The notes below the pieces were generated by a model. That model was not told the DNA's origin, did no database searches, and was given only the letters and a program-made list of their open reading frames with translations. Position numbers and translations under genes: made by a program. Below, piece after piece: positions 1 through 9,839 of a stretch of 64,000 nt of DNA (position 1 is its first letter; each line of letters opens with the position of its first letter). The stretch spans positions 60,339 to 124,338 of the forward strand of contig JBBQGA010000015.1 in NCBI GenBank assembly GCA_038322625.1. The letters are read 5' to 3'. This stretch comes from Chloroflexia bacterium (lineage in GTDB: Bacteria; Chloroflexota; Chloroflexia; Chloroheliales; Chloroheliaceae).

Positions 1-2
1 TT

Positions 3-293
3 CAGCAGGGTGAACGCGAAAGTATTTTTGCTGAACTGGTGGGCGACCAGTGGATTTTGGGCGTGATATTCAGTAAGCCGACCTTGCTGGGGATGGTCAA
101 AGTTATCAGCCACAAAGCCGTGATCGAGTTGACGAAGGTACTTCAACTGGTTAAAACCAATAGCCGCCAGCGCGACCGCTTTATTTCCGATAAGATGCGA
201 GACTCGTTAAGTTCGACCCTGGATTTGCTATTTGATGGGCTGGAAGGCGAAAAACCAACTGGCACCAGCGACATCTGGGAACGCGCCACTTAA
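3..293 (+). CDS. 3' end of a CDS that begins upstream of the window; hypothetical protein
   Basis: The reading frame is open from base 3 to the TAA at 291-293. No recognisable motif. Confidence 0.35.
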   Translation, partial: QQGERESIFAELVGDQWILGVIFSKPTLLGMVKVISHKAVIELTKVLQLVKTNSRQRDRFISDKMRDSLSSTLDLLFDGLEGEKPTGTSDIWERAT

Positions 294-297
294 GAAA

Positions 298-1146
298 TTA
301 TTTTGAGGCAGCGGTTAAGGCAGCGTAATCCTGGGCCAGTTTGCCGGCGATGCGGGAGGCGACCTCTTTGTTTTTCCAGTAACCGGCATGAGCGGCCAGC
401 GGCGAAGTACCGGTCTGGACCAGGTAATCGCTCACTTTGCCGGGATAGAGATTTTCGAGCGGATAGGCGATCAGGTCCTGGGCATCAAAAAAATTGTACC
501 AGGCCCCACCTTTAGCGACGAGTTGCATATCAGGTGGGTTGTTATAGCGGGTTTTGGCTGTAGCTTCCGCTTGCAAATCGAGGGTGAACAGGGCCAGCGG
601 GGACCCTATCGTAAAAAGATTGCTGAGAAAGAAATTGTAGCGTTGCCAGTAGGGGTCGTGAAAAGGATACCAATAGGCAACATCGAAGCTGACGACCGAC
701 CCCAAACTGTGACCCACCAGACTGATCGAGCGATGCCGGGGGATGGCGACCGTAACCAGGTCGGATACCATATCCCGGATTTTTGTTTTGCCGTAGTCCG
801 ACTCATAAATCAGAACACTTCCGCCGTTACCAATTACAAATTCCCGCAGCTTTCTGTATAACAGGGCGTCCAGGGTTTTGTCCAGCAAATTTTCAACCTG
901 GGCCGCTTTGGTAAGGTAAGCCTCGTAAACTTTCTGACGGGCGGCCACCCCCACCGTCGAATAATCGGCGTGGTCGAAGCTAATGATAGCCTCGACCTGA
1001 GCCGGGGTGGCGTTCTTGGGGATGATGTGATGGCGGTTGGTTAGCTCTTCCACGATGTTTTTATGCAGGTCCAGGCTGTAATCGATACCGGTTGGCAAGG
1101 CTTTATTGGTTACGCCGTGAATCGAGATAAGGTGCAAGACGCTCAT
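298..1146 (-). CDS. alpha/beta-hydrolase (lipase/esterase-like) protein
   Basis: 282-aa ORF with the nucleophile-elbow motif GHSLGS (VGHSLGSVVSF). Confidence 0.6.
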   Translation of the reverse strand: MSVLHLISIHGVTNKALPTGIDYSLDLHKNIVEELTNRHHIIPKNATPAQVEAIISFDHADYSTVGVAARQKVYEAYLTKAAQVENLLDKTLDALLYRKLREFVIGNGGSVLIYESDYGKTKIRDMVSDLVTVAIPRHRSISLVGHSLGSVVSFDVAYWYPFHDPYWQRYNFFLSNLFTIGSPLALFTLDLQAEATAKTRYNNPPDMQLVAKGGAWYNFFDAQDLIAYPLENLYPGKVSDYLVQTGTSPLAAHAGYWKNKEVASRIAGKLAQDYAALTAASK

Positions 1147-1197
1147 AAGTTACAATGTGCCTTTCTTACGCTTTAAGCTTTTTCTGCCCCGCTAAGG

Positions 1198-4188
1198 TTA
1201 TAACTGTTTATAACTGTCCATATCGCGCCAGTTCAGACCTACTTTGAGGTCGGCTTTTAGCGGCACCGAGAGTGGTTCCATAAAAGGCTGGACCTGCTCC
1301 ATGTTGCGCTTGACCAGTTCGGCCAGTACCGGCAGTTCGCCGCGTGTGGTCTCGAAAACCAGTTCGTCATGAACCTGCAAGAGCATTTTGCTTTTGAGCT
1401 TCTTTTCGATCATCTGATGATAAATGCGCAGCATAGCTTTTTTTACGATGTCGGCGGCGGTTCCCTGGACCGGCATATTGATGGCCTGGCGTTCGGCGGC
1501 CTGCCTGGCCTGGGCGTTGGCGTTGTTAAGGTCGGGCATATAGCGGCGGCGACCGTCCAGAGTCTCAACATAGCCTTTCTGACGGGCCACGCTGGGAGTC
1601 AGGTCGAGATAGGCTTTGATGGCCGGGTAGCGCAGGTTGTAGGTTTTGATAAAATCGCTGGCCTCTTTGTAAGAAAGCTCGGTGCGCTGGGCCAGACCGT
1701 GCGCACTGATACCGTAAATGATTCCAAAGTTGACCGTTTTTGCCAGGCGGCGCATACCAGGAGTTACCTGGTCTTCCGGCACCCCAAAGAGGTCAGCGGC
1801 GGTGGCGGCATGAATATCCTTGTCGTTCTGGAAAGCTTCAACTAACCGGGGGTCGTGGGTGAAGTGAGCCAGTAGACGGAGTTCGATCTGGGAATAGTCG
1901 GCGGCGAACAGGATAGCTTCCTCGTTGAACAGGCGGTGCGGAGAACTGTTATCGGCGATAAAGGCCCGGCGAACCTCGCTTCCGGCCTCGGTGCGGATCG
2001 GGATGTTTTGCAAATTCGGGTCGCTGGAAGATATACGCCCGGTGCTGGAGCCAATCTGGTTGAAAGAGGTATGGAGCCGCCCGGTGTCGGGGTTGATCAA
2101 TAGCGGCAAGCTATCGACATAGGTCGATTTTAGTTTACCAAGCTGGCGATATTCCAATACCTGACCGATAATCACGTGTTCGCCACGCAAGCCTTCCAGA
2201 ATTTCTTTGCTGGTGGAAAATTTCTTGGTAGCGGTTTTTTTGCCGCCCGGCAAACCCAGCTTACCAAACAGCACGTCGCCAAGCTGGTCGGGCGAGTTTA
2301 TATTAAAGGAATACCCGGTCTCGTCAAAGATTTCTTTTTCCAGGACTTGCAGTTTTTCATAAAGCTCGGTGGAGATTTGCTGCAAGTTTGGCACATCGAC
2401 CGCCACGCCGCACAGTTCCATCACGGCCAGGACCGGGACCAGGGGCATTTCCACCTCGTGAAAGAGCCGTTCCAGCCCGTCACGCGCGAGTTGAGGTTGT
2501 AGGTTATCCATGAGGCGCAAGGTCATATCGGCATCGGCACAGGCGTAAGGCGTAACCAGTTCGACCGCGATCTGATCCATTGTTTGCTGGCGTTTGCCGG
2601 TGCCGATTAGCTCCTCGATGTGGGTCATCTGGTGGCCGAGGCGATTAAAAGCTAAATCCTTCAGACCGGCTTTGAGCATACCGATTAGCTGGGCGGCCAA
2701 CTGGGTATCGAAGTCGATATTAATATGGCGTAAATCCAGCCCGGCCCGGTGGATGATTATCAGGTCGTAATTGGCGTTGTGGGCGATCTTGGCAATTTTC
2801 GGGTCGTAGAAGAAAGGTTCCAGGGCTTGCCGCACCTCGTCCCAGGGTAACTGGCCGACTTCGCGTTCGACGACAGCGTGGGTGGCTGCTCCCTCGACCG
2901 GCTTCATGTGGCCGACCGGGATGTAATAGGATTCGCCAGCTTCGGGCGAGAGGGACAGCCCGACTAGTTCGGCCCGCAGGGGGTCGAGAGCGGTGGTTTC
3001 GGTGTCGAAAGCAAAGCGGGTGGCGGTTTTAAGACGCTCGACCAGCTTTTTAAGATCGTCGGAAGTGCGAACAGCCTGATACCCTTCGATCAGGACCGGT
3101 TTAGGGCCAACTTTGACCAGGGCGGGGGCGGTGGGTTCGTCTGGTTCGGCTCCCCGGTCGAGGTCGAACATGGAAAGCTGACCTCCTTTGGCCGGTTTTT
3201 TGGCGGCTTTAGGCGGTAGCAGGCTGGCGGGAGAGGTTTCCTGGGCCGGTTGACCGGGTAATTTGTTGAGCTTGCCGACCAGCGAGTTAAATTCCAGTTC
3301 CTGAAAGATTTTTAGAACCCGATTACGGTCGATCTGACCGGCCCTGGCACTTTCGATGTCGAGTTTGAGCGGGACATCCAACACGATGGTGGCGATCCGT
3401 TTGCTCTGAATGACCTGGGCCTGGTGAGTTTGCAGGGCCTCTTTGACTCTGGGTTTTAGTTCGTCGAGATGGGCCAGGATGTTTTCGACGTGACCGTATT
3501 TGTTGATCAAATCGGTGGCGGTTTTGTCGCCAACGCCGGGCACATTGGGAATGTTGTCGCTTTTATCGCCAACGATAGCTTTGTAATCGGGGACAAATTC
3601 GGGACCAAAGCCAAACCGCTCGACGACCCCCGCCGGGTCGAAATAACGCGCATCCTGGAAACGGGCGCGCGGTCCGGCCCCTGGCAATACCGCGCGGGTG
3701 TGGTCGTTGACCAGTTGTAAAAGGTCGTTGTCGCCGGTAATGATCAAAGCTTCCAGTCCGCGTTCGTTGGCCTGTTTTGCCAATGTGCCGATTACGTCAT
3801 CGGCCTCGAAACCTTCCTGCGAATAAATGGTGATACCGAGGGCCTGAACCACTTCGGTAATGCGCCCGATCTGGCCCTGCAAATCTTCGGGCATTTCGGC
3901 TCGGTTGGCCTTGTATGCAACAAATTCTTCGTGGCGAAAGGTCTGGCCGCCTTCAAAAGCCATTATGATGTAATCAGGCGTGTCGCGGCGGAGGACTTCC
4001 AGCAACATGGAGGTGAACCCAAAAGTGGCGTTGGTAAGTTCGCCCTGGCTGGTGGCTAGCCCGGATTTGATAGCGTGATAGGCCCGGAAGATAATTCCAA
4101 AGCCGTCAATCAAGACCAGGCGACCTTGAATGGGTAGTTCTTCGCCGGTGGGGTCGGCTTGATTGGTCTGATTTTCAACCACTGCCAT
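1198..4188 (-). CDS. polA: DNA polymerase I
   Basis: Has a 5'-3' exonuclease N-terminus (LVLIDGFGIIFRAYHA), a 3'-5' exo motif (FAFDTETTALDP) and family-A polymerase motifs (DYSQIELRLLAH, QVHDELVFE). The start at 4188 (MAVVENQ) follows a GAGGAGG. The ORF is open to 4245. Confidence 0.95.
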   Translation of the reverse strand: MAVVENQTNQADPTGEELPIQGRLVLIDGFGIIFRAYHAIKSGLATSQGELTNATFGFTSMLLEVLRRDTPDYIIMAFEGGQTFRHEEFVAYKANRAEMPEDLQGQIGRITEVVQALGITIYSQEGFEADDVIGTLAKQANERGLEALIITGDNDLLQLVNDHTRAVLPGAGPRARFQDARYFDPAGVVERFGFGPEFVPDYKAIVGDKSDNIPNVPGVGDKTATDLINKYGHVENILAHLDELKPRVKEALQTHQAQVIQSKRIATIVLDVPLKLDIESARAGQIDRNRVLKIFQELEFNSLVGKLNKLPGQPAQETSPASLLPPKAAKKPAKGGQLSMFDLDRGAEPDEPTAPALVKVGPKPVLIEGYQAVRTSDDLKKLVERLKTATRFAFDTETTALDPLRAELVGLSLSPEAGESYYIPVGHMKPVEGAATHAVVEREVGQLPWDEVRQALEPFFYDPKIAKIAHNANYDLIIIHRAGLDLRHINIDFDTQLAAQLIGMLKAGLKDLAFNRLGHQMTHIEELIGTGKRQQTMDQIAVELVTPYACADADMTLRLMDNLQPQLARDGLERLFHEVEMPLVPVLAVMELCGVAVDVPNLQQISTELYEKLQVLEKEIFDETGYSFNINSPDQLGDVLFGKLGLPGGKKTATKKFSTSKEILEGLRGEHVIIGQVLEYRQLGKLKSTYVDSLPLLINPDTGRLHTSFNQIGSSTGRISSSDPNLQNIPIRTEAGSEVRRAFIADNSSPHRLFNEEAILFAADYSQIELRLLAHFTHDPRLVEAFQNDKDIHAATAADLFGVPEDQVTPGMRRLAKTVNFGIIYGISAHGLAQRTELSYKEASDFIKTYNLRYPAIKAYLDLTPSVARQKGYVETLDGRRRYMPDLNNANAQARQAAERQAINMPVQGTAADIVKKAMLRIYHQMIEKKLKSKMLLQVHDELVFETTRGELPVLAELVKRNMEQVQPFMEPLSVPLKADLKVGLNWRDMDSYKQL

Positions 4189-4475
4189 AATTGTTCGTTT
4201 GCCTCCTCTAGCTTGCTTATTCTCGGTAGACCCATTATACATCAAAATTTAGGGCCTTATTACTTATCCCCAAAGAAAGTAAATCGAGCTTCAGGCCAGG
4301 TAAACAGCCCTGCAATCAGGGAATACTCGACCACCGACCGCCGCTTAATTCCTAAAAACTGGGATACAAAAGGAGTAAAGTTTTAGACTTTTTGGATTGG
4401 CCGGGCTTAAAAAGATTTCCCTGTAAAGCGATCCCTGTTATAATGCCGGGGCCAGGTGTCAATTAAGGAGGTCTT

Positions 4476-5249
4476 TTGAGTTTGAAATTATCAAAAATTG
4501 GTTTGACATTAGTTGGTTTATTGATTTTCGGTCTGGTATTGGCCGGTTGTGGCGGGGAAAATACCAGTTCGACCCCTTCGGCATCGGCTGAAAGTACGCT
4601 GACCGCGACGGTTGGACCAACCGGCACCGGTGCGACAGCCGCAGGAACCAGCCCGGCGGTGGCTGCCACTACGAGCAGCCCGACCACAGCGGCGGGAGTA
4701 ACGCCTGACCCAACGACGGCGAAAGCCACGACGGTCTCAACCGGCGGTGGAATTACGCTTAAAGCGGCCTTTGCGGTGGTTGACCCGGCGGTACGAGCCT
4801 GGAAAAGTGATGCGGTATATGTGTCTGTCTTTAACCCGGAGGATAACAAAACCGGAATGGACGCGCAAGGCCGGGCGGGACAATGGTATTTTGAGGCGAT
4901 TTCACCGGCCAGTTTTCAGCACGCCTTCTGGCTGGTCAAGGTCGAAGCCGGTAATTCGCCGGTAGCCAGTAAAACCACCGAAGATACGCTTTCAAAAGTC
5001 AGAGGTCAGGCGGCGGTCGATCACAAGTTACCGCCGGTGACAGGTCTGATCGATACCGATCAACTAATGAAGGTGGCCCAGGAGAACGGCGGCAAAGCCA
5101 GCGACCGGCCTGTCGGGACGCGGTTGGCCCAACCGGCCAAAGATGGCGATCCGCTGGCGTTTGATGTATTATTTTATAATGGTAGTAATGTAGTCCGATT
5201 ACGAATTGATGCCCAGAGTGGCAAGCTGGTTGATAACGCGAAGGGTTAA
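4476..5249 (+). CDS. putative lipoprotein, Thr/Ala-rich linker, function unknown
   Basis: TTG start 7 nt after AAGGAGG. Signal peptide with lipobox LAGCGG. Confidence 0.6.
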   Translation: MSLKLSKIGLTLVGLLIFGLVLAGCGGENTSSTPSASAESTLTATVGPTGTGATAAGTSPAVAATTSSPTTAAGVTPDPTTAKATTVSTGGGITLKAAFAVVDPAVRAWKSDAVYVSVFNPEDNKTGMDAQGRAGQWYFEAISPASFQHAFWLVKVEAGNSPVASKTTEDTLSKVRGQAAVDHKLPPVTGLIDTDQLMKVAQENGGKASDRPVGTRLAQPAKDGDPLAFDVLFYNGSNVVRLRIDAQSGKLVDNAKG

Positions 5250-5277
5250 GCAAAAAGAAGTAAAAGGAGTAAATAAA

Positions 5278-5772
5278 ATGGCAAAGAAAGATAAAAAAGT
5301 CGAGATTATCGATAACGATAAAAAGGGTGGTCTGGACCTCGGACTGCTTTTAGAACTGGTCGGGGTGGTAGTGAACAGCACCAAGAATAAAGATGGTCAG
5401 AAGGGCATCAATATCGACACGAAAAAGCTGGCCTGGGGCGTGGCTGGGATTGCCGGTCAGCAAACTCTCAAAGGGATGGGCAACTGGAGGCAGCGTCGCC
5501 AGCTACGCAAGGAATTGAAAAGCGGCCTGATCGACCTGGAAGATTACCAGGCGGGCCGGTCGGCAGCCAGCAAGAAGCTCAAGAAAAACCGGTTAGGGCC
5601 GGGAATGCTCGTCGGTTCAGCCATCGGCGGAGCAGTTTATTTGCTGTCGATGCCACCGGAGGATCGGACTCGCTTCTTCAAGCAGTTGGATGAAGCCTTG
5701 AGCCAGGTGGCCGGTCTGGTTAACGAGTTGCAGGGCAAACCTTACAGCAAGGATTTTGAAGAAAAGAAGTAA
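5278..5772 (+). CDS. hypothetical lysine-rich protein with one hydrophobic segment
   Basis: ATG at 5278 is preceded by AAAGGAG. The longer ORF from 5206 overlaps the previous gene. Confidence 0.5.
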   Translation: MAKKDKKVEIIDNDKKGGLDLGLLLELVGVVVNSTKNKDGQKGINIDTKKLAWGVAGIAGQQTLKGMGNWRQRRQLRKELKSGLIDLEDYQAGRSAASKKLKKNRLGPGMLVGSAIGGAVYLLSMPPEDRTRFFKQLDEALSQVAGLVNELQGKPYSKDFEEKK

Positions 5773-5816
5773 GGATCGAAGCCCAGGGCCAAGCGTGGCC
5801 GCCGAACTAAAATTAA

Positions 5817-5858
5817 GAGCTATACTTTGGGTCTTTTCACCAAAGTATGGCTCTTTTT
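5817..5858. terminator. bidirectional intrinsic terminator between convergent genes
   Basis: 14-bp stem (GAGCTATACTTTGG / CCAAAGTATGGCTC, one G-U pair), 9-nt loop, followed by TTTTT. Confidence 0.6.
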
Positions 5859-7917
5859 ACTTTAAATTGATTTCAAGGCGGGGACTGTTCAGGTCGGCAG
5901 TAGAATAGAAGATTAGGCTGCGCGAATTATTTCGGCTGCTATTGCTGACCAGAAAATAAAGGGTGCCGGAAGTTTTGGTTTTGCCAGGGGCGGTTTTGGT
6001 CGGCGCAAAAGTTTTGGGATTAAATTTATCGGCGGCCTCGAATACAAGCGGCCCGACCGAGTAAAGGCGGTTATCGCTATCACGCAGGTAAAAAGGCATG
6101 GTGGACAGGTAATCGGCGACATCCTGGCCGCCAAGATTTTCAAGGCTGAGTTTGACCGTCTCGTAATGATAACCGGTCGGCAGGATTAAAGGAGGGGGTT
6201 TGAGCGTAGGCGAGACCACATAGGTGGTAACAGTTATAGCAAAGCTTTGAATAACTACCCGGCGGTTTAACTCACCCTGGACAGAGGGGGTCAAAGCCGG
6301 AGCAGCTGGGGTGGGTGAAGGTTCGAGGGTGGCTTCCGGCGTAGTAGTAATCTCAGCTGGGGTTGGCGTGACGGCCTCGGTCGGGGCCGGAGTAGCAGTT
6401 GGAACCGGTGGCGGCGTGGCGGTCGGTTCAGGCGGTAAAGCGGTCGATGGTACCACTACCGGTGCCGCATAAACGTTGGGTGAAGCGGCAGCCACTACCG
6501 GCGTAACAGTTGGAACCGGCGTGGCGGTCGGTTGGGGGGTAGCGGTCGGCAGGGGAGTAGCCGTTGGGACCGGGGTAGCGGTCGGTTTGGGGGTGGCAGT
6601 CGGTTTGGCGGTCGGTTTGGGAGAACTGGCCGGAGTGACCGCCGGTAAAGTCAAATTGACATCGACGCTGTTATTCTGGTCGGCGCGGGTAGTCGGAACG
6701 AAGGCCACCCGGCGCAAGGTGGTGCCGTCTTCTACTTCAAAAGTTAGCCAGGCCAGAAATTGTTCGCCCGGTTGCAAACGGGTCAGATCAAAGGCAGGTA
6801 CCCGGCCTCCCGGTGAAGGTTTGAGGGTGTTACCACGCCCATCGACCCCCTGGAACGTATCTGGCATGGACGGGACCACCTGGGAGCCAGTATTTTCCAG
6901 CCGCACGATTAAACCCTCGTAGTGAAAGCCGGTTTTGGGAGTACCGGCCCCGGCGAAAGAAAAATTGTTAGAGCGATTTTCATAATTACTAAAAGTAACG
7001 GCGTAGGAGCGCAAGCTGGCTCGCTCGTTGGGTGCCACGCTGAGTTTCAGGTTTGAAGGAGTGGGGGTAGCCGCAATGGTAGTAGGCAAAGCTGGAGCGA
7101 CGGTCGGCTGGTTGGCCGCGTCGGGCGTGTTTTGGAGGTTGGTGAAAGGCGCAATAGTCGGGCTAGGCTCCACCGCCAGCGATTGAGTCACCGTCACCGG
7201 GTCGGGCCGGTTGGTAGAGGAATTAAGCAGGAAAAAGTAAACCGCCGCCCCGGCAGCGATCAGCAATATTAATGGTAACGTCAACAGCCAGCGAAGACCA
7301 GGGCCACCTTTGCGCGGACTGAGATAAGGTTGAGAAAGTAAATTGCGTAGGGCCGGATCGCCCAGCCGCGTAGCAGCACTTTCATCAGGTAAGGAACTCA
7401 GGGTCGGATTACCTTCATCCTCCCCGCCAGGCTGGTCGAGTTGCTGGCTTGCCTGGTCGACTTCCAGGGGATGATACCCTCGCTCAAAAAAGATTGGTTC
7501 GCTAGCCGGTGCTTTGAGGGTTTCAACCATTTTAACGGTAGGTACATAGCGACTGGCAGGCTCGGAACCAAAAGCGGGTAATTCTTCAACAGTTGATTTA
7601 CCTGGGTTGAAATTGGACATACTGGACATAGAAGACGGGCTGGGATCAGATTGGCTAGGGGAGGCGGGGGCAGGCTTTTGGAGGGCGGCCAGGCCACGTT
7701 TGGCTTGCTGGTTGTTGGGGTTTAGCAGGAGAACCCGTTGGAGAGCAAGTTGAGCCTGCTGGGGTGGCAGTAGGGCGGCCAGGTAAACCCAGGCCTGTTC
7801 GTTGCGAGGGTCTTGCTGGACGGCTTCGGCCAGGTGTTGCCGAGCCTCACTGCGATTGCCAGCTTTTAGGGCCGCTATTCCACTTTCTACCAGGGCTTGA
7901 ATCTCGGTCTGCCTCAT
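5857..7917 (-). CDS. membrane-anchored TPR protein with Pro/Thr-rich linkers and two DUF4352-like beta-sandwich modules
   Basis: TPR-like N-terminus, a TM helix (LLTLPLILLIAAGAAVYFFLL), and two related modules (YEGLIVRLENTGSQV / YETVKLSLENLGGQDV) separated by a PTATPx repeat. Confidence 0.7.
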   Translation of the reverse strand: MRQTEIQALVESGIAALKAGNRSEARQHLAEAVQQDPRNEQAWVYLAALLPPQQAQLALQRVLLLNPNNQQAKRGLAALQKPAPASPSQSDPSPSSMSSMSNFNPGKSTVEELPAFGSEPASRYVPTVKMVETLKAPASEPIFFERGYHPLEVDQASQQLDQPGGEDEGNPTLSSLPDESAATRLGDPALRNLLSQPYLSPRKGGPGLRWLLTLPLILLIAAGAAVYFFLLNSSTNRPDPVTVTQSLAVEPSPTIAPFTNLQNTPDAANQPTVAPALPTTIAATPTPSNLKLSVAPNERASLRSYAVTFSNYENRSNNFSFAGAGTPKTGFHYEGLIVRLENTGSQVVPSMPDTFQGVDGRGNTLKPSPGGRVPAFDLTRLQPGEQFLAWLTFEVEDGTTLRRVAFVPTTRADQNNSVDVNLTLPAVTPASSPKPTAKPTATPKPTATPVPTATPLPTATPQPTATPVPTVTPVVAAASPNVYAAPVVVPSTALPPEPTATPPPVPTATPAPTEAVTPTPAEITTTPEATLEPSPTPAAPALTPSVQGELNRRVVIQSFAITVTTYVVSPTLKPPPLILPTGYHYETVKLSLENLGGQDVADYLSTMPFYLRDSDNRLYSVGPLVFEAADKFNPKTFAPTKTAPGKTKTSGTLYFLVSNSSRNNSRSLIFYSTADLNSPRLEINLK
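6490..6625 (-). repeat. in-frame 18-bp tandem repeat encoding (PTATPx)n linker
   Basis: Protein reads PKPTAKPTATPKPTATPVPTATPLPTATPQPTATPVPTVTP. The DNA shows periodic GGYRGTRGCGGTCGG units. Boundaries are approximate. Confidence 0.6.
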
Positions 7918-8207
7918 TTACGGCCCTTCACCTACTTGCCTATAACTTTGATTTTCGTGTTATGTTGACTCGATTATAACATCAGATCAGGGGCTATGCA
8001 AGAGGTATCATATCCCACGAATAACCTGTTTTACGCTGCTGAACGTTGGGGTTGGCCGTGTAAAGGTCATCTTTGAGGTAATTTTTAATGCGGGTCTAAC
8101 CTGGCAAGCTCAAAGTTTGTTTTATTTGGTCACAGGCTTGTGCTATAATTCCGAGACTATAGCGACTTTTAACAAGAAAATCTCAGGATAAGAGGGCTTT
8201 TTTTCTA

Positions 8208-9149
8208 ATGGCAAATCAAAATAAATCGAACCGTCCGACCGAAGCGAGCCGAAACGGGACTACCGGTGAGCAGGGGAATTTGAAAACGGCAAGCCGTCCG
8301 GCATCTTCGGCCAGTAGTGGCGCACCGAAACTGACCCCCCGCCAGCAAGCCGCCCGGCGACGTGCCCAGAAACGACGCAGAACCCAGTTGTTGATCACCG
8401 GTGGGATTATTGCGGTGATTGCGATAGCTCTGATTATTATCGGGATCAGTATTTCGCAGCCGGTCAATTTCGACGCTATCCCGGCAGCCGCTAACCTTGA
8501 CCAGCGACCTTTCGAGCTTGGCCCGGCGGACGCAAAAGTGACGGTCGAGGAATATGGCGATTTTCAATGTCCGGTCTGTAAAACCTGGCACGATAACAAC
8601 CAGACCAAGCTGGTTAGCGATTATATTACCAGTGGTAAAAGTGTAAAGTTTGTTTTCCGCGATTTTCCCTTTCTGGATAATAACTATGCCACGCGTGAGT
8701 CTCATTTGATGGCGGAGGCGGCTTATTGCGCAAGTGACCAGAAGCGTTCGTGGGATTTTTATAATGCCCTGTATGATAATCAGAAGCCGGAAAATAGCGG
8801 TTACTGGACCAGCGACCACTTGAAAGCCCTGGCAAAGAGTTTGAAACTGGATACCGGTACTTTCAACAGTTGTATGGATAGCAATAAGTACCGGTCTAAA
8901 GTTAACACCGATGCCACGACCGGCAACACTAAAGGGGTGCAGGGTACGCCGAGTTTTGCGATCAATGGGACCTTGCTGGACCTGAAAGATCCGAACGACT
9001 ACGCCAAGCTTTCGGAGGCGATCACCAATGCCTTGAACGGGACGACCCCCGGCGCAAATGGGACACCCGGCGCAGCAGTTACGGCGGCTCCGGCTACTAC
9101 TTCGGCAGCCACTACGACAACGGCTCCGGCGGCCACACCGACCAAGTAA
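8208..9149 (+). CDS. membrane-anchored DsbA-family thiol:disulfide oxidoreductase
   Basis: TM helix followed by a thioredoxin fold with the CPVC active site (FQCPVCKTWH). Ala/Thr-rich tail. Confidence 0.8.
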   Translation: MANQNKSNRPTEASRNGTTGEQGNLKTASRPASSASSGAPKLTPRQQAARRRAQKRRRTQLLITGGIIAVIAIALIIIGISISQPVNFDAIPAAANLDQRPFELGPADAKVTVEEYGDFQCPVCKTWHDNNQTKLVSDYITSGKSVKFVFRDFPFLDNNYATRESHLMAEAAYCASDQKRSWDFYNALYDNQKPENSGYWTSDHLKALAKSLKLDTGTFNSCMDSNKYRSKVNTDATTGNTKGVQGTPSFAINGTLLDLKDPNDYAKLSEAITNALNGTTPGANGTPGAAVTAAPATTSAATTTTAPAATPTK

Positions 9150-9231
9150 GTACAGTTACAAATTGCCCTGGTAGCCTAAAAATAGCGAAGGCCGGGGCAA
9201 TTTCGCCGTTAAGCCTATCTGAATTAGCCCT

Positions 9232-9795
9232 TTGAATGTCACAATGAGACGAGGTGTTATGAGCCAACCCGTAAAAACCGCCGGTAAGATGAACAGTAAC
9301 CCTACCGTCAAGGCAGTTAATCAGCCAGTGCCACTGAGTCGCAACCTGGGCAAACTGATGGAGCCGCTCTTTCTGGTTCTGATAGTGGTGGGGTTGGGTA
9401 TTTCGGGTTATCTGACCTGGACCCATTATACCGATACACCGATTCTATGTACCGCGGACCATAGCTGTGATACGGTCAACCGCAGTGCCTACGCATATTT
9501 CCCACCTAACAACAAAGGAATACCGGTGGCGGTGCTGGGGCTGGCGGGCTATCTGGTATTGCTGGTTGTGGCCGGGTTGCGCTACCGGCGGTTTCAGACT
9601 GGGAACCGGGTGAGTGGATTCGACCTGGCTTTGTTTATCGTGACAATCGGTGGGGTGATTTTTTCGGCTTACCTGACGGCGATGGAAATCTGGGTAATCC
9701 ATGCGATCTGCTGGTGGTGTGTCTCGTCGGCCCTGGTAATGACGGCCCTGCTGGCTATTTCGGTGATACGAATCTGGAATTCCGAGCCGGTTTAG
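9232..9795 (+). CDS. vitamin K epoxide reductase (VKOR) family protein
   Basis: Four or five TM helices, a loop cysteine pair (LCTADHSCD) and CWWC in the last helix region. An alternative start is at 9259. Confidence 0.8.
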   Translation: MNVTMRRGVMSQPVKTAGKMNSNPTVKAVNQPVPLSRNLGKLMEPLFLVLIVVGLGISGYLTWTHYTDTPILCTADHSCDTVNRSAYAYFPPNNKGIPVAVLGLAGYLVLLVVAGLRYRRFQTGNRVSGFDLALFIVTIGGVIFSAYLTAMEIWVIHAICWWCVSSALVMTALLAISVIRIWNSEPV

Positions 9796-9839
9796 CACTA
9801 ACCGGCTGGCCTGATCCCCAAGACGCTACCTCGCCCCAA

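Noticed and set aside
4463-4849. A 128-aa minus-strand ORF, plus 15580..15864 and 15689..16105, overlapping Ala/Thr-rich linker regions.
   Set aside because: They are low-complexity translations of the opposite strand of linker-coding DNA. The sense genes have signal peptides and catalytic motifs.
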